A DNA stretch of 64,000 nt from positions 1,621 through 65,620 of the forward strand of contig WFRX01000140.1 of assembly GCA_015486285.1 (NCBI GenBank). Reading direction: 5' to 3'. This stretch comes from a bacterium (GTDB lineage: Bacteria > Desulfobacterota > DSWW01). The translations under genes were made by a program, and so were the position numbers. Below, in pieces: positions 1 through 9,358 of this stretch. The first letter of the stretch is position 1; every line of letters starts with the position of its first letter. A model generated the notes under the pieces. The model saw only the letters and a list, made by a program, of their open reading frames with translations, was not told where the DNA came from and did not search any database.

Positions 1-380
1 ATAGCAGTCGTCGAAGATGACATCCCAGTCGTGGAGCTCCGTGTCCAGATCAAAGCCGAGATCGAGAAAGCGCGGGGTCCTTTCCGCATCCAGGGCGATC
101 CGGAACAATCGGGTCACCAGCTCCCGGTAGAGACCGCGGCCTATCCTGGGTCTCCCGGCAATCGAGTGTATGCGCGACCAGTCCCAGCCCGGCGGCAGGA
201 AGAATGCATACAGCTTGTCCAGGGTTTCTTCATAATCGCAAAGGTCGTTCCGACAGGAGCCCGAGACATCGAGGACCGTTTCGATGAATCGCCTGATGAA
301 GACCTCTTTGGCATCTTCTATTTTTTGGCTCATCCATTTCTCCTTCTCGTCCGACCGATCGTACGGACCGCCGGTCGCGC

Positions 381-1172
381 TCAGTCCAGACGGAACTCGG
401 CGACCACGGGCGTGTGGTCCGAGGGCTTGGGCTTGAGGCGGGGGGCGAGGTCGATGTAGGCGGCCGTGGACTTGTCCGCGAGGGGGCGGGTGGCCAGGAT
501 GTGGTCGATCCGCCAGCCGAGGCCCCGCTTCACACTGCTGGGCAGGCGGTAGTCGTAAAAGGAGTACTGCTTCGGCTCGGGGCGGTGCATGCGGAACACG
601 TCCACGAGGCCCCATTCCAGAACTTTCCGGTACACGCGGTCCACTTCCGGGTGAAAACAGACGTGTCCCAAAAGCCTCTTGGGATCGTACACATCGATCG
701 GCTCGGGCGCGTGGTTCAGGTCGCCGCACCAGAGCACGAGGTCCTCGGGCCGGTACAGGGCCTCGAAGTGTTCGCGAAGCCGTTCGAACCATCCGATCTT
801 GTACCGGAACTGCTCGTCCTCCTCGGAACGCCCCTGGGGGATGTAGGTGTTGACGATGGCGACACCCGACAGGACCCCGCGGATCATCCGGGGGCCCTCT
901 TCCGCGGGGCCGCCCTCGAAGCCGAAGGCGACCTGTTCGAGGGGGGCCCTGCTCACGATGGCCACGCCGTTCCACCGCTTCTGGCCCCGAAAGGCGACGT
1001 GAAAGCCCGCGGCCTCGAACTCGCCCGCCGGGAAATCCTTGTCCTCCACCTTGGTCTCCTGCAGGCAGAGCGCGTCCGGTTCGTGCTCCCGCAGCCAGTC
1101 GAGGAGGATCGGCATCCGGGACCGGACCGAGTTGACGTTGAAGGTGGCGACCTTGAAGGGTGCGGCGCTCAT
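381..1172 (-). CDS. xthA: Exodeoxyribonuclease III (AP endonuclease, EEP family)
   Basis: C-terminal 263 aa of ORF 381..1994 (MSAAPFKVATFNVNS...DHTPVVAEFRLD) matches exonuclease III throughout. The ATG at 1170-1172 overlaps the upstream gene's stop (ATGA). Confidence 0.85.
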   Translation of the reverse strand: MSAAPFKVATFNVNSVRSRMPILLDWLREHEPDALCLQETKVEDKDFPAGEFEAAGFHVAFRGQKRWNGVAIVSRAPLEQVAFGFEGGPAEEGPRMIRGVLSGVAIVNTYIPQGRSEEDEQFRYKIGWFERLREHFEALYRPEDLVLWCGDLNHAPEPIDVYDPKRLLGHVCFHPEVDRVYRKVLEWGLVDVFRMHRPEPKQYSFYDYRLPSSVKRGLGWRIDHILATRPLADKSTAAYIDLAPRLKPKPSDHTPVVAEFRLD

Positions 1173-2305
1173 GCTTCCTCGAGCTTCTGTTTCACTTCGG
1201 TCCGCTTTTCCTTGGGCCAGGCGGCGCAGATCACGCTCCGGCCGCCCATCACCTGGGTCATGCAGGCGTCGCAGTTGGTCCTGCAATGGATGATCTCCGC
1301 CTCCCTGCCCTCGCGCGCCTTGCGAACCCAGTCCGGGTCGGCCAGGATGACACGGGCCAGCCCGATCAGGTCGGCCCGGCCCTCCTCGAGGATCTTCTCC
1401 GCCAACGCCGGGTGGCTGATCCGGCCGGCGGTCATGACCGGTATCGACACGGCCTCCTTGATTCTTGCGGTCGGTTCCGCCATGTAGCCGTCCTGAGACG
1501 TCCGCTCGACCACCTCGGGCAGGAAAAAGGACTCGTAGGTGCCGCCCATGACGGAGAGATAGGCAACCCCTCCCTTCTCCAGGGCCTGCGCAACGGGCTG
1601 GTCCTCCGGGGGGCCGAACCCGCCGGGAAGCCATTCGTTCACAAGAAACCGGTATCCGACCGGGAAGCCCTCGCCGACCGCCTGCCGCGTGGCCTCGAGT
1701 ACCTCCAGGGGAAACCGGAGGCGCGCCTCCAGGGATCCCCCGTAGGCATCGGTGCGCTGATTGGTGCGCGGGGAGACGAAGGAGGCGAGCAGATACCCGG
1801 TGCCCCCGTGAAGCTCGACCATGTCGAAGCCCGCCTCCTTCACCCTGCGGGCCGCGGCGGCGTAAGCCTGGACGAATTCCCGGATTTCGGGGGCGGTCAG
1901 CTCCCGCGGCACCATGCCCGACACGTCGACCGGCGACGGCCCGACCGGCCCGCCGAGCATGTCGAACCGGCCCGGGTGGTTGATCTGGCAGCATGCCAGG
2001 GCCCCGCCCGCATGGACGGCCTCGGCGATCCGGGCGAGATCCTCGGTCGAGCCGTCTTGGTCGGCCCGGAGCATTCGGTGTGATCCCGCTTCCGAAACCT
2101 TGACCGCAACGCTCTCGACCACGACCATGGCCAGGCCGCTCGCCCCCATCATTCTATAATGCTCGATCAGGTAAGGGCTGGGACGGCCCCCTTCGGCGGC
2201 ATAGCCGGTATACAAGGGGGCCATGACAAGGCGGTTGGCGAGTTTCCCGCCGCCGACTTCGATGGGTGAAAACAGCTTGGGGTAACCTTCCTGTGCGGCC
2301 GCCAT
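1169..2305 (-). CDS. Old Yellow Enzyme-family NADH:flavin oxidoreductase (2,4-dienoyl-CoA-reductase-like N-domain) with C-terminal Cys cluster (HCRTNCDAC)
   Basis: MAAAQEGYPKLFSPIEVGGGKLANRLVMAPL... is a typical OYE N-terminus and FMN-barrel. Start chosen at the internal Met (cat at 2303-2305) with an AGGAG SD 8 nt upstream. Confidence 0.8.
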   Translation of the reverse strand: MAAAQEGYPKLFSPIEVGGGKLANRLVMAPLYTGYAAEGGRPSPYLIEHYRMMGASGLAMVVVESVAVKVSEAGSHRMLRADQDGSTEDLARIAEAVHAGGALACCQINHPGRFDMLGGPVGPSPVDVSGMVPRELTAPEIREFVQAYAAAARRVKEAGFDMVELHGGTGYLLASFVSPRTNQRTDAYGGSLEARLRFPLEVLEATRQAVGEGFPVGYRFLVNEWLPGGFGPPEDQPVAQALEKGGVAYLSVMGGTYESFFLPEVVERTSQDGYMAEPTARIKEAVSIPVMTAGRISHPALAEKILEEGRADLIGLARVILADPDWVRKAREGREAEIIHCRTNCDACMTQVMGGRSVICAAWPKEKRTEVKQKLEEA

Positions 2306-2591
2306 GACAGAACTCCTGTGGTGGATTTTCGTGGAAGATACGGGGCACACCATGCAGATGATTCACCCTAGCACCGACGTGAAGGCATGACAAGAAGCTT
2401 GTGCCCGCCTGCCGACCCAAGGCGATGCGCCAGGCAGGCCCCCGTGGGGAACAACGCCCCGCGGACGCCGAAGGAGTCTTCTCCCGGAACGGCCCTTGCT
2501 TCTGTCTATCCTATCGGATAATAATGAACGGGTTCGAAAACGGCGATGGTGCCGGTTGGCTGACTCTATCTTGGAGAAGGAGGGACATGCC

Positions 2592-3344
2592 ATGGCTGAA
2601 CCGAGCCTGCAGGACAGGACGTTCCATATCATCATGAAACGGATGGTGGAGACGGGGCAGGCGCCTCACTTCACGGAGATCGCGGCCGAACTGGGCGTGT
2701 CGCCCAAGGAAGGCCGAGATGCCCTTCACAAGCTCTTCTCCCTCCGGGGCGTTCCCGGCTGGCTCTACCCGAAGGGCGATACCGTCGTTTCCTTCGCCCC
2801 CTTCAACAACCTGCCGACCCAATACCGGATTACCATCGACGGGGAGCAGAAATGGTTCGGCCAGTGAGCTTTCGAGTCGCTGGCGGTCTGCTGGCTCTTT
2901 CCCGGTAAGACGGTACAGATCGATACGGTGTGCCTCGATTGCGGCGAGCCCATCCAGGTGAAGGTAAAGGACGGAAAGATCGAGTCCGCGGATCCGGAAG
3001 GGCTCGTGGGCTATGTCGCCCTCCCGGTCGGAAAGTGGATGCTCAACGCCCCCTACGCATGAAGCACCATGAACTTCTTCCGGTCGGAAGAACACGTTCG
3101 CAGGTGGGAAGGCTTCAACGAGAAGAAGATGGGCGGGGTCATCGCCCTGGGCGATCTGATGCGCGTCTTCTCCGGGCGCTACTTCAAGAGACGGCTCGAC
3201 CCGGACTGGGTCTCGCACATGAGCGAGTACATGGCCGAGATGCTCGCCTCCCTCGATACCCTCGAGAACGCGGGGGACTACTGGCGGATGTCGCGCCTGG
3301 AAAAAATTCTGTTTTCCCTGGCCATGAAGCTGGGGCTCGTGTAG
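2592..3344 (+). CDS. MerB-like (organomercurial lyase family) protein with two in-frame UGA codons (2865-2867, 3060-3062) at the positions of catalytic Cys96 and Cys159; putative double selenoprotein
   Basis: One continuous frame (phase 0) joins ORFs 2496..2867, the untracked stretch AFESLAVCWLFPGKTVQIDTVCLDCGEPIQVKV...NAPYA, and 3069..3344. By remembered MerB sequence, YRITIDGEQKWFGQ-U-AFESL aligns with YVFEIDDRRLYAW-C96-ALD (Asp99 becomes Glu), VCLDCGEPIQVKV with HCAATGAPVSLTV, PYA-U-STMNFFRS with FCC159HVHFFAS, and VRRWEGF with AEDWASK. SD GGAGAAGGAGGG precedes the ATG at 2592. Confidence 0.7.
2868..2895 (+). promoter_or_regulatory. SECIS-like hairpin after UGA-1: 11-nt spacer, stem GCUGGC/GCUGGC (6 bp, 2 G-U), apical loop GGUCU
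   Basis: Read directly: 2879-2884 GCTGGC, 2885-2889 GGTCT, 2890-2895 GCTGGC. Spacing and loop match the remembered E. coli fdhF minimal SECIS (11 nt after UGA, loop GGUCU). Confidence 0.55.
3063..3099 (+). promoter_or_regulatory. SECIS-like hairpin after UGA-2: 12-nt spacer, stem UUCUUCC/GGAAGAA (7 bp), loop GGUC, lower stem GAAC/GUUC with CAC bulge
   Basis: 3075-3081 TTCTTCC, 3082-3085 GGTC, 3086-3092 GGAAGAA; 3071-3074 GAAC pairs with 3096-3099 GTTC. Confidence 0.55.
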
Positions 3345-3409
3345 CACCCTGCCGGCGGGGTCGACGGCCGTCCCCGATTCCGCCGGCAGATATATACGAT
3401 ATTTTGTGT

Positions 3410-3427
3410 TCTCCTCCAAAATAATGG
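3410..3427 (+). promoter_or_regulatory. Putative activator site (imperfect palindrome CTCCAAAATAATGGATG) about 100 bp upstream of a sigma-54-type promoter
   Basis: Shares the CTCCAAAAT half-site with the perfect palindrome at 12902-12917, at the same distance from a near-identical promoter. Confidence 0.4.
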
Positions 3428-3524
3428 ATGTATTCTGGCCAGGCATATCTGAAATCTCCTCCCGCCGATTCGAGAAAAAACAGATCTTCCAGTCCCTTAC
3501 CGTCTCCTTGCCTTTGCGCGCCCT

Positions 3525-3540
3525 CTGGTATGAATCTTGA
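3525..3540 (+). promoter_or_regulatory. Sigma-54-type promoter candidate (CTCTGGTATGAATCTTGATAA; GG-N10-TTGA)
   Basis: -24 TGG and -12 TTG correctly spaced, -12 C replaced by A. 19 of 22 positions identical to the promoter at 13011-13032. Lies 45 bp upstream of the ABM gene. Confidence 0.45.
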
Positions 3541-3582
3541 TAATGCCCTGTCCCATGGGTCGGGAATGAAAGGGGCGCTGCG

Positions 3583-3966
3583 ATGATGGTACTGGCACTC
3601 CGCATGCGCGTGCAGCAGGGAAAGCGTGACGATCTGCTCCAAGTGGTGCGGCGCATGCTGGAACCGGACAGGCTGGCAAAGGGCTGCTTGAGCTACCACT
3701 TCTACCAGGACATTGAAGACCGTAATGCCTTCGTTTTCGTGGAGGAATGGGAGTCGCGGACGGATCTCGAGGACTACATCCGCACGGAGAGCTTCAGAAG
3801 GCTCCTGGCCGTGATGGATGTTTTGCGAGAGGCCCCGAAGCTCGATATCTACAAGGTATCCGAGACGGTCGGGATGGATTTCGTCGAGGCCGTGCTCGAA
3901 GATACGGCGGCAGGCAGGGGGACATTGCCGATTGAACCGACGACACAAGGGGGGCGCCGCGCATGA
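3583..3966 (+). CDS. ABM (antibiotic-biosynthesis-monooxygenase / Dabb-fold) domain protein
   Basis: LSYHFYQDIEDRNAFVFVEEWESRTDLEDYIRTESFRRLL resembles ABM/YgiN-like proteins. Its stop overlaps the next start (ATGA at 3963). Confidence 0.5.
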   Translation: MMVLALRMRVQQGKRDDLLQVVRRMLEPDRLAKGCLSYHFYQDIEDRNAFVFVEEWESRTDLEDYIRTESFRRLLAVMDVLREAPKLDIYKVSETVGMDFVEAVLEDTAAGRGTLPIEPTTQGGRRA

Positions 3967-5627
3967 GGATCAGGCTCAGAAGATGGGTGTTATGGCTGCT
4001 TGGGATCATTTTTCCCTGTCTCTTGTTCTCCCCGTTCCAGCGGGAAGCGGGGGCATTCTTCATCGATGACAAGGGCACGCTGCAGGTTTCGGCCAAGGTA
4101 CAGACCCGGGCGAGTTTTCGGCTCCAGGACGCGGACGGCTTTACCTCTCCGGACACGAAGGCGGGCGACCTGGTCCAATGGCGCAACCTGGGCCTCATCG
4201 AGATCAATCACGATCTGAGAGAGCTTACGAAGACGCTGGACATCCTTTGGCCGCTGAAAAAACTGGAGATTGACGCCCGCTACCATCTGGTGGGCCGGTT
4301 CATGTACGATGCCGTCTACGATATCGGCAGCGGCGGCTTCGGCGACGTCAAAGACGCGGATCCCGACAACATCGACAAATTCAAGCAGTCTTACGACCTG
4401 TGGGAATGCTATGCCGATTTTGTCCGAGGTCGCTGGTTTTTCCGCCTGGGCCGACAGAATCTCGCCTGGGGTGAAACCGACATCTTCCGCCTTCTCGACG
4501 GGATCAACCCGCTGGACAACACCTTCGGCGGCCCTTTCGAGGACCTGGACGACCGTCGGATTCCCCTCTGGATGCTGAAGGGTTCCTTCGATGTGGGGGA
4601 CGTAGGACCCTTTTCTTCCGTGGCGCTGGAAGGATTCTGGGTCCCCGGGTTCTGGGACGCCCGGGTAGCCCCTTTCGCGCCCCCGGGCACGCCTTACGCC
4701 GTGCCCTTGCCCGAGCTGTTCGTTCCCGCGCTTCGTATCGATACGCCGGACAAGAAGGGGTCCAACAGCAGGTGGGGGGTGCGCCTCTCAGGGATGGCGG
4801 GGCCCAACCTGAACTGGTCCATAGCCCATTACAAGACCTTCCTGGACCAGCCGGCCCTGCGGGCGGTGGTGGACCAGGGCCAGCTCACAGAAGTGGGGGG
4901 CGAAAAGCTGCTCACAAGCCTGGACGCCCTCACCCTGGAAGGCTCCTTCCCGAGCGTGCAGGTCACGGGCGCGAGCATGAGCTATTTTGACGCGGTGACC
5001 AACACGGTGTTTCGAGGGGAAGTCGCCTGGTTCTGGGACGAACCCGTCTTCATCCCGCAGGAGAATATGTCGCTTTTCTGGGGGCCTACCGTACCCTTGC
5101 CGCCCCCGGTGCTGGATCTGGCCGCCGAGTTGCTCGGGGTGGACATCCGGGATCTGGGCCTGGACGGGCTGCCCCTGAACCCGCAAAGCGGCCGGATCCC
5201 CGAGAAGGACATCCTGCGGTTCATGATCGGGCTGGACAAGCAAATCTGGATCCGGCCCTTGAACAAGGCGAGCATGTTTTTCCTGTCCATGCAGTACTTC
5301 GGCCAGTGGATTTCCGACTACGACGGTCGGATGGCACAGGCCGCCCCGATCTACCCGGATTATGTCGTGTTTCCCAAGGTGAAAGAGTACGAGAACACCA
5401 TCACCGCCATTGTGAACACGTATTACATGCAGGGAAATCTCGTGCCCCAACTGGCCGTGGCCTATGACCCGCGGGGAGCCTGGCTTGTGATGCCCCAGGT
5501 GAATGTCATCCACGGCCCGTGGCGGTTCATGGTTCAGTACAGCGCCATCGCAGGAAACTTCACCAACTTCGGCGTCCTGCGGGACCGAGACCAGATCAGC
5601 TTCATCCTGACGTACCTGCTGAGCTAG
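3963..5627 (+). CDS. DUF1302-family outer-membrane protein
   Basis: 554 aa with a signal-peptide-like N-terminus, an aromatic-rich beta-barrel-like sequence, and a DUF1329 partner immediately downstream. Confidence 0.6.
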   Translation: MRIRLRRWVLWLLGIIFPCLLFSPFQREAGAFFIDDKGTLQVSAKVQTRASFRLQDADGFTSPDTKAGDLVQWRNLGLIEINHDLRELTKTLDILWPLKKLEIDARYHLVGRFMYDAVYDIGSGGFGDVKDADPDNIDKFKQSYDLWECYADFVRGRWFFRLGRQNLAWGETDIFRLLDGINPLDNTFGGPFEDLDDRRIPLWMLKGSFDVGDVGPFSSVALEGFWVPGFWDARVAPFAPPGTPYAVPLPELFVPALRIDTPDKKGSNSRWGVRLSGMAGPNLNWSIAHYKTFLDQPALRAVVDQGQLTEVGGEKLLTSLDALTLEGSFPSVQVTGASMSYFDAVTNTVFRGEVAWFWDEPVFIPQENMSLFWGPTVPLPPPVLDLAAELLGVDIRDLGLDGLPLNPQSGRIPEKDILRFMIGLDKQIWIRPLNKASMFFLSMQYFGQWISDYDGRMAQAAPIYPDYVVFPKVKEYENTITAIVNTYYMQGNLVPQLAVAYDPRGAWLVMPQVNVIHGPWRFMVQYSAIAGNFTNFGVLRDRDQISFILTYLLS

Positions 5628-5682
5628 CCCGGCGGCGTACAAGGGAACGGAAATGACCCTGAAAATCCATCAGGAGGGAATC

Positions 5683-6996
5683 ATGAGGTTCGGAACGTAT
5701 GGGATCCGGTTTCTTGCATGCCTTTGCGCGCTCTTGTGTCTGGCCGCCTCCGCTTCCGCCGACGTGGCGCCGGGCGACACTGTGGACAAGACGAACTGGG
5801 AGAAGGTCCAGGGGATGGTGCCGGAGCCGGTCCTCAACTACGTGAAGAAAGGGGACCTGACCATCCATGTGGTCAATCTGGAATACGACCCCGCGGACTA
5901 CATGAGCATCTACGCCAAAGAATCCTTGGAGCCGAACAGGGGCAAATATGATCTGAACGACGACGGGATCGTCGTGGACGTCCAGAGCAGGAAGCTCCCG
6001 GATTTCATCGGGGGCATTCCCTTTCCGGAGATCGACCTGAACGATCCGAAGGCAGGGGCCAAGATCGTGACCAACCACTTCTACCAGACCTTTTCCCAGG
6101 GGAATGTAAAAATCCGAGACCAATTCCGCTGGATCGGCCGCGGCGGGCTGGAGCGGGTGGTCGAATCCAATTTCTGGCAGTATCCCATGGACGGCTATCC
6201 TCCCCGGAAGGCGGCGAAAAACAAGAACAAGGTGGAGCGGTATTCGATCATTCAGATCTTGGCCCCTTACGACATTGCAGGCACGAACATTCTGCTCTGG
6301 CGGTATCGTGACGCTCGTCCGGACAGCACCTTCGGGTACATCCCGGCCATTCGGAGGGTGCGCCGTATGAGCCCGTCGAACCGCTCCGATGCGTTCATCG
6401 GGTCCGACCTCTGTGTGGATGACGCCTGGACCTTCGACGGCAAGGTGTCCTCCTTCACGTGGAAGCTGGTGGGAAAGAAAGAAGGCCTGATCCCGTACGT
6501 GTTCAAGAAGGCCCAGCCGATTGTCAAGATCAGCGACGAAGCCGTTCAAACCACGAGACAAACCCATCGTTTGCAAATGAACTACGACGTGAAAGACGCG
6601 CAGAATGCACCCTGGTTTCCCTCGGAGAAGAACCCGCTGGCCTGGGTGAAACGGCCGGTGTATGTCGTCGAATTGACGGCCAAGGACCCCTACTACAATT
6701 ACGGGAAGATGTTTCTTTGGCTGGATGCGGGGAATCCCACCGCCGCCGTGTTCAAGACGATCTATGACCGTGCCGGCAAGTACTGGAAAAACGTATGGAT
6801 GGCCTGGACCGCCCTCGCAACGGAAGACAAGAGCGTGAAGTTGCTGGTTCCCGCGTACATGCTTGCTGCGGATGATCGCACGGACCATGCCACGATGCTC
6901 CAGGGTTTGTGCGAAGACTTCATCTATACCTACTTTGACGACTCCCAGACTGAAAGGGACTATTCCCTGGCCGGATTCCAGCGTCTGTCGAAATAG
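5683..6996 (+). CDS. DUF1329-family (LolA-like) outer-membrane/periplasmic protein
   Basis: Signal peptide MRFGTYGIRFLACLCALLCLAASASA; family resemblance and the usual pairing with DUF1302. Start at the internal ATG 5683 with a CAGGAGGG SD (the ORF track starts at 5653). Confidence 0.6.
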   Translation: MRFGTYGIRFLACLCALLCLAASASADVAPGDTVDKTNWEKVQGMVPEPVLNYVKKGDLTIHVVNLEYDPADYMSIYAKESLEPNRGKYDLNDDGIVVDVQSRKLPDFIGGIPFPEIDLNDPKAGAKIVTNHFYQTFSQGNVKIRDQFRWIGRGGLERVVESNFWQYPMDGYPPRKAAKNKNKVERYSIIQILAPYDIAGTNILLWRYRDARPDSTFGYIPAIRRVRRMSPSNRSDAFIGSDLCVDDAWTFDGKVSSFTWKLVGKKEGLIPYVFKKAQPIVKISDEAVQTTRQTHRLQMNYDVKDAQNAPWFPSEKNPLAWVKRPVYVVELTAKDPYYNYGKMFLWLDAGNPTAAVFKTIYDRAGKYWKNVWMAWTALATEDKSVKLLVPAYMLAADDRTDHATMLQGLCEDFIYTYFDDSQTERDYSLAGFQRLSK

Positions 6997-7023
6997 ATGG
7001 GAACCCGCGGAGGGGGCCAAGAC

Positions 7024-7368
7024 ATGGCTACCGTACGGATCGCGCCTGGAAACTGTAATTTTGAAACGCGGGTTTCCGTCGCGAAGATCGATAAACGGAG
7101 CTACAAGGTCGAGATCGAGAGCGCGTGCGAGCAGGTGAGCAGGCTGGGCGAAGGGATCCGCGAGTTGACGCTTCGCGATGTGCTTTGCCCCCCTTCGCTC
7201 TCCCCTTTGCTGGAGAAGGCGGGTGAGTGCAGGTTGCACGCCTCTTGTCCGGTTCCGGTGGGGATCCTCAAGGCCATGGAAGTGGAGGCCGGCCTCGCTT
7301 TGCCCATGGATGTCGTTATCCGGTTCGAGCGGTCCGCCGGGAAAGACGATCCCCCAAAAAAGAGCTGA
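7024..7368 (+). CDS. Small (114 aa) Cys-containing hypothetical protein immediately upstream of RACo
   Basis: ORF 6997..7368 has protein-like composition (MATVRIAPGNCNFETRVSVAKIDKRSYKVEIESACEQ...) and a GGAGGGGG SD 8 nt before the ATG at 7024. Confidence 0.45.
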   Translation: MATVRIAPGNCNFETRVSVAKIDKRSYKVEIESACEQVSRLGEGIRELTLRDVLCPPSLSPLLEKAGECRLHASCPVPVGILKAMEVEAGLALPMDVVIRFERSAGKDDPPKKS

Positions 7369-7399
7369 TCCGGAGCTGTGGAATAGAAGGAGGCGGAGC

Positions 7400-9358
7400 G
7401 TGGCGCACGACAAAGGAGAGGCAACCGTCATCTTTCAGCCTTCCGGCCGTAGAGGCCGGGTGGAGAAAGGAAAGAACCTCAAGGAGATCTCCGTCGGCCT
7501 CGGCGTGGACATCGAAGGGCTTTGCGGCGAGCAGGGGGTCTGCGGCAAGTGCAAGGTTCGCGTGGAGCAGGGATTCTTCGAGAAGTACGGGATCCAATCC
7601 GGCCCGGAGGCCCTCTCTCCCCTCACGGACACCGAGAGAGAGGCCCTGACGGCGCGCGAGTGCGAGCAGGGTTTCCGGCTGGCCTGTGTGGCCCAGGTCC
7701 TGGGCGACGTGGTGGTGTTCGTGCCGGAGGAGAGCCGCCTGGGCAAACAGGTGGTCCGCAAGGCGGGCCGGAAGCTGGACATCGCCCTCGACCCTGCTCT
7801 TCGGAAGTACACGGTGGAACTGCCCAAGGCGACCCTGGAGGACACGCTGGGCGACTGGGAGAGGCTGCAGGCGGCACTGCGGAAGACGCACGGCCTCGAT
7901 GGCGTAACGATCGACTACACTGCCCTCACCAGCCTGCAGGGCGCCATCCGGGAGGGCGACTGGCGGGCCACGGCCACGGTCTGGAGGGACCGGGAAGTCA
8001 TCCGGGTGACTCCCGGGGGGGAGGAGAAGGCCTACGGCGTGGCTGTCGATATCGGTACGACCACGGTCGCCGCCTATCTGTGCGATCTGTCGACCGGGGA
8101 GTTGACGGTTACCTCTTCCGCGATGAACCCCCAGGTGTCGTACGGCGAAGACGTGATGTCCCGCATCAGTTACACCCTCACCAACCCGGAGGGACTCGCG
8201 CAACTCAACCGGGCGATCATCCAGGGCCTGAACAGCCTGCTCGAGGAGCTGGCGGGGGAGGGCGGCATCCGCGCGGAAGACATCGAAGACCTGGTTGTCG
8301 TGGGCAACACCTGCATGCATCACCTCCTGCTGGGAATCGATCCCCGCTATATCGGCAAGGCGCCGTTTCCGCCGGCGCTGCACCACTCCATCGACTTGAA
8401 GGCGCGCGATCTCGGCTTGAAGATATGCCCCGGCGCCTATCTGCACGTCCTTCCGATCGAAGCGGGATTCGTCGGCGCGGACAATGTGGGCGTGCTCATC
8501 GCAGAGACGCCTTACGAGGAGGAGCAGGTCCGTCTCATCATCGACATCGGCACGAACGGAGAATTGATCCTGGGCAACCGGGAAAAGCTGGTCTCCTCCT
8601 CCTGTGCCACGGGGCCCGCCTTCGAGGGCGCCGAGATCAAGTACGGGATGCGGGCGGCTCCGGGCGCCATCGAGAAGATCGTAATCGACCGGGAGACCAA
8701 GGAGGTCCGCTTCCGGGTCATCGACAACGAAGCGTGGAACGATGAGGCGGACCATATCGGCGCCAAGGGGATCTGCGGCTCGGGCATCATCGATGCGGTC
8801 CCTCAGCTCTTCCTGGCCGGGATCATCGACCGCACGGGACGGTTCTCCAAGGACCTGGACACGCCCCGGTATCGCGTTACCGAGGAGGGCCCCGCCTTCG
8901 TCATCGCCTGGGCCCGGGAGACATCCATCGGCCAGGACATCGTGATCACCCAGGACGACATCCGGGCGATCCAGCTGGCCAAGGGCGCCATGTACGCAGG
9001 TGCGGTCATCATGATGCGGGCCTTCGGGGTCGAAAGGGTGGACGAAGTCATTCTGGCCGGCGCCTTCGGCAGCTACATCGACAGGGAATCGGCGGCCCTG
9101 CTGGGCCTGTTTCCGGACTGCCCCCTGGAGAAAATCCGTTCCGTGGGCAATGCCGCCGGCGACGGCGCGCGCATGGCGCTCCTGAACGTCGGGAAAAGGG
9201 CCGAGGCGGATGAATGGGCCAGACAGGTGGAATACCTCGAGCTGACCCTGGAAGCGGATTTCGAAAAACGCTTTACCCAGGCCATGTGGATTCCCCACAT
9301 GAAGGACAAGTTCCCCTCCTTGGAGCACCTGCTGCCCGGCAAGGGGAGAGGCAAGTAG
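7400..9358 (+). CDS. RACo-type reductive activator of corrinoid proteins (N-terminal 2Fe-2S ferredoxin + ASKHA/DUF4445 ATPase domain)
   Basis: CGEQGVCGKCKV...C ferredoxin motif, then ASKHA-like VDIGTTTVAAY..., IDIGTNGEL..., GSGIIDA motifs. GTG start at 7400 preceded by an AGGAGG SD; the ORF-track N-terminal extension is ignored. Confidence 0.8.
   Translation: MAHDKGEATVIFQPSGRRGRVEKGKNLKEISVGLGVDIEGLCGEQGVCGKCKVRVEQGFFEKYGIQSGPEALSPLTDTEREALTARECEQGFRLACVAQVLGDVVVFVPEESRLGKQVVRKAGRKLDIALDPALRKYTVELPKATLEDTLGDWERLQAALRKTHGLDGVTIDYTALTSLQGAIREGDWRATATVWRDREVIRVTPGGEEKAYGVAVDIGTTTVAAYLCDLSTGELTVTSSAMNPQVSYGEDVMSRISYTLTNPEGLAQLNRAIIQGLNSLLEELAGEGGIRAEDIEDLVVVGNTCMHHLLLGIDPRYIGKAPFPPALHHSIDLKARDLGLKICPGAYLHVLPIEAGFVGADNVGVLIAETPYEEEQVRLIIDIGTNGELILGNREKLVSSSCATGPAFEGAEIKYGMRAAPGAIEKIVIDRETKEVRFRVIDNEAWNDEADHIGAKGICGSGIIDAVPQLFLAGIIDRTGRFSKDLDTPRYRVTEEGPAFVIAWARETSIGQDIVITQDDIRAIQLAKGAMYAGAVIMMRAFGVERVDEVILAGAFGSYIDRESAALLGLFPDCPLEKIRSVGNAAGDGARMALLNVGKRAEADEWARQVEYLELTLEADFEKRFTQAMWIPHMKDKFPSLEHLLPGKGRGK

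Noticed and set aside
2496-3344. MerB-like gene as a frameshifted or nonsense pseudogene split into two or three ORFs
   Set aside because: All pieces are in the same phase. Both stops are TGA, and they fall precisely on the two catalytic Cys positions. Conserved motifs continue downstream of each stop. Each TGA is followed at 11-12 nt by a GGUC-loop hairpin. Selenocysteine read-through is the better explanation, though the pseudogene alternative is not formally excluded.
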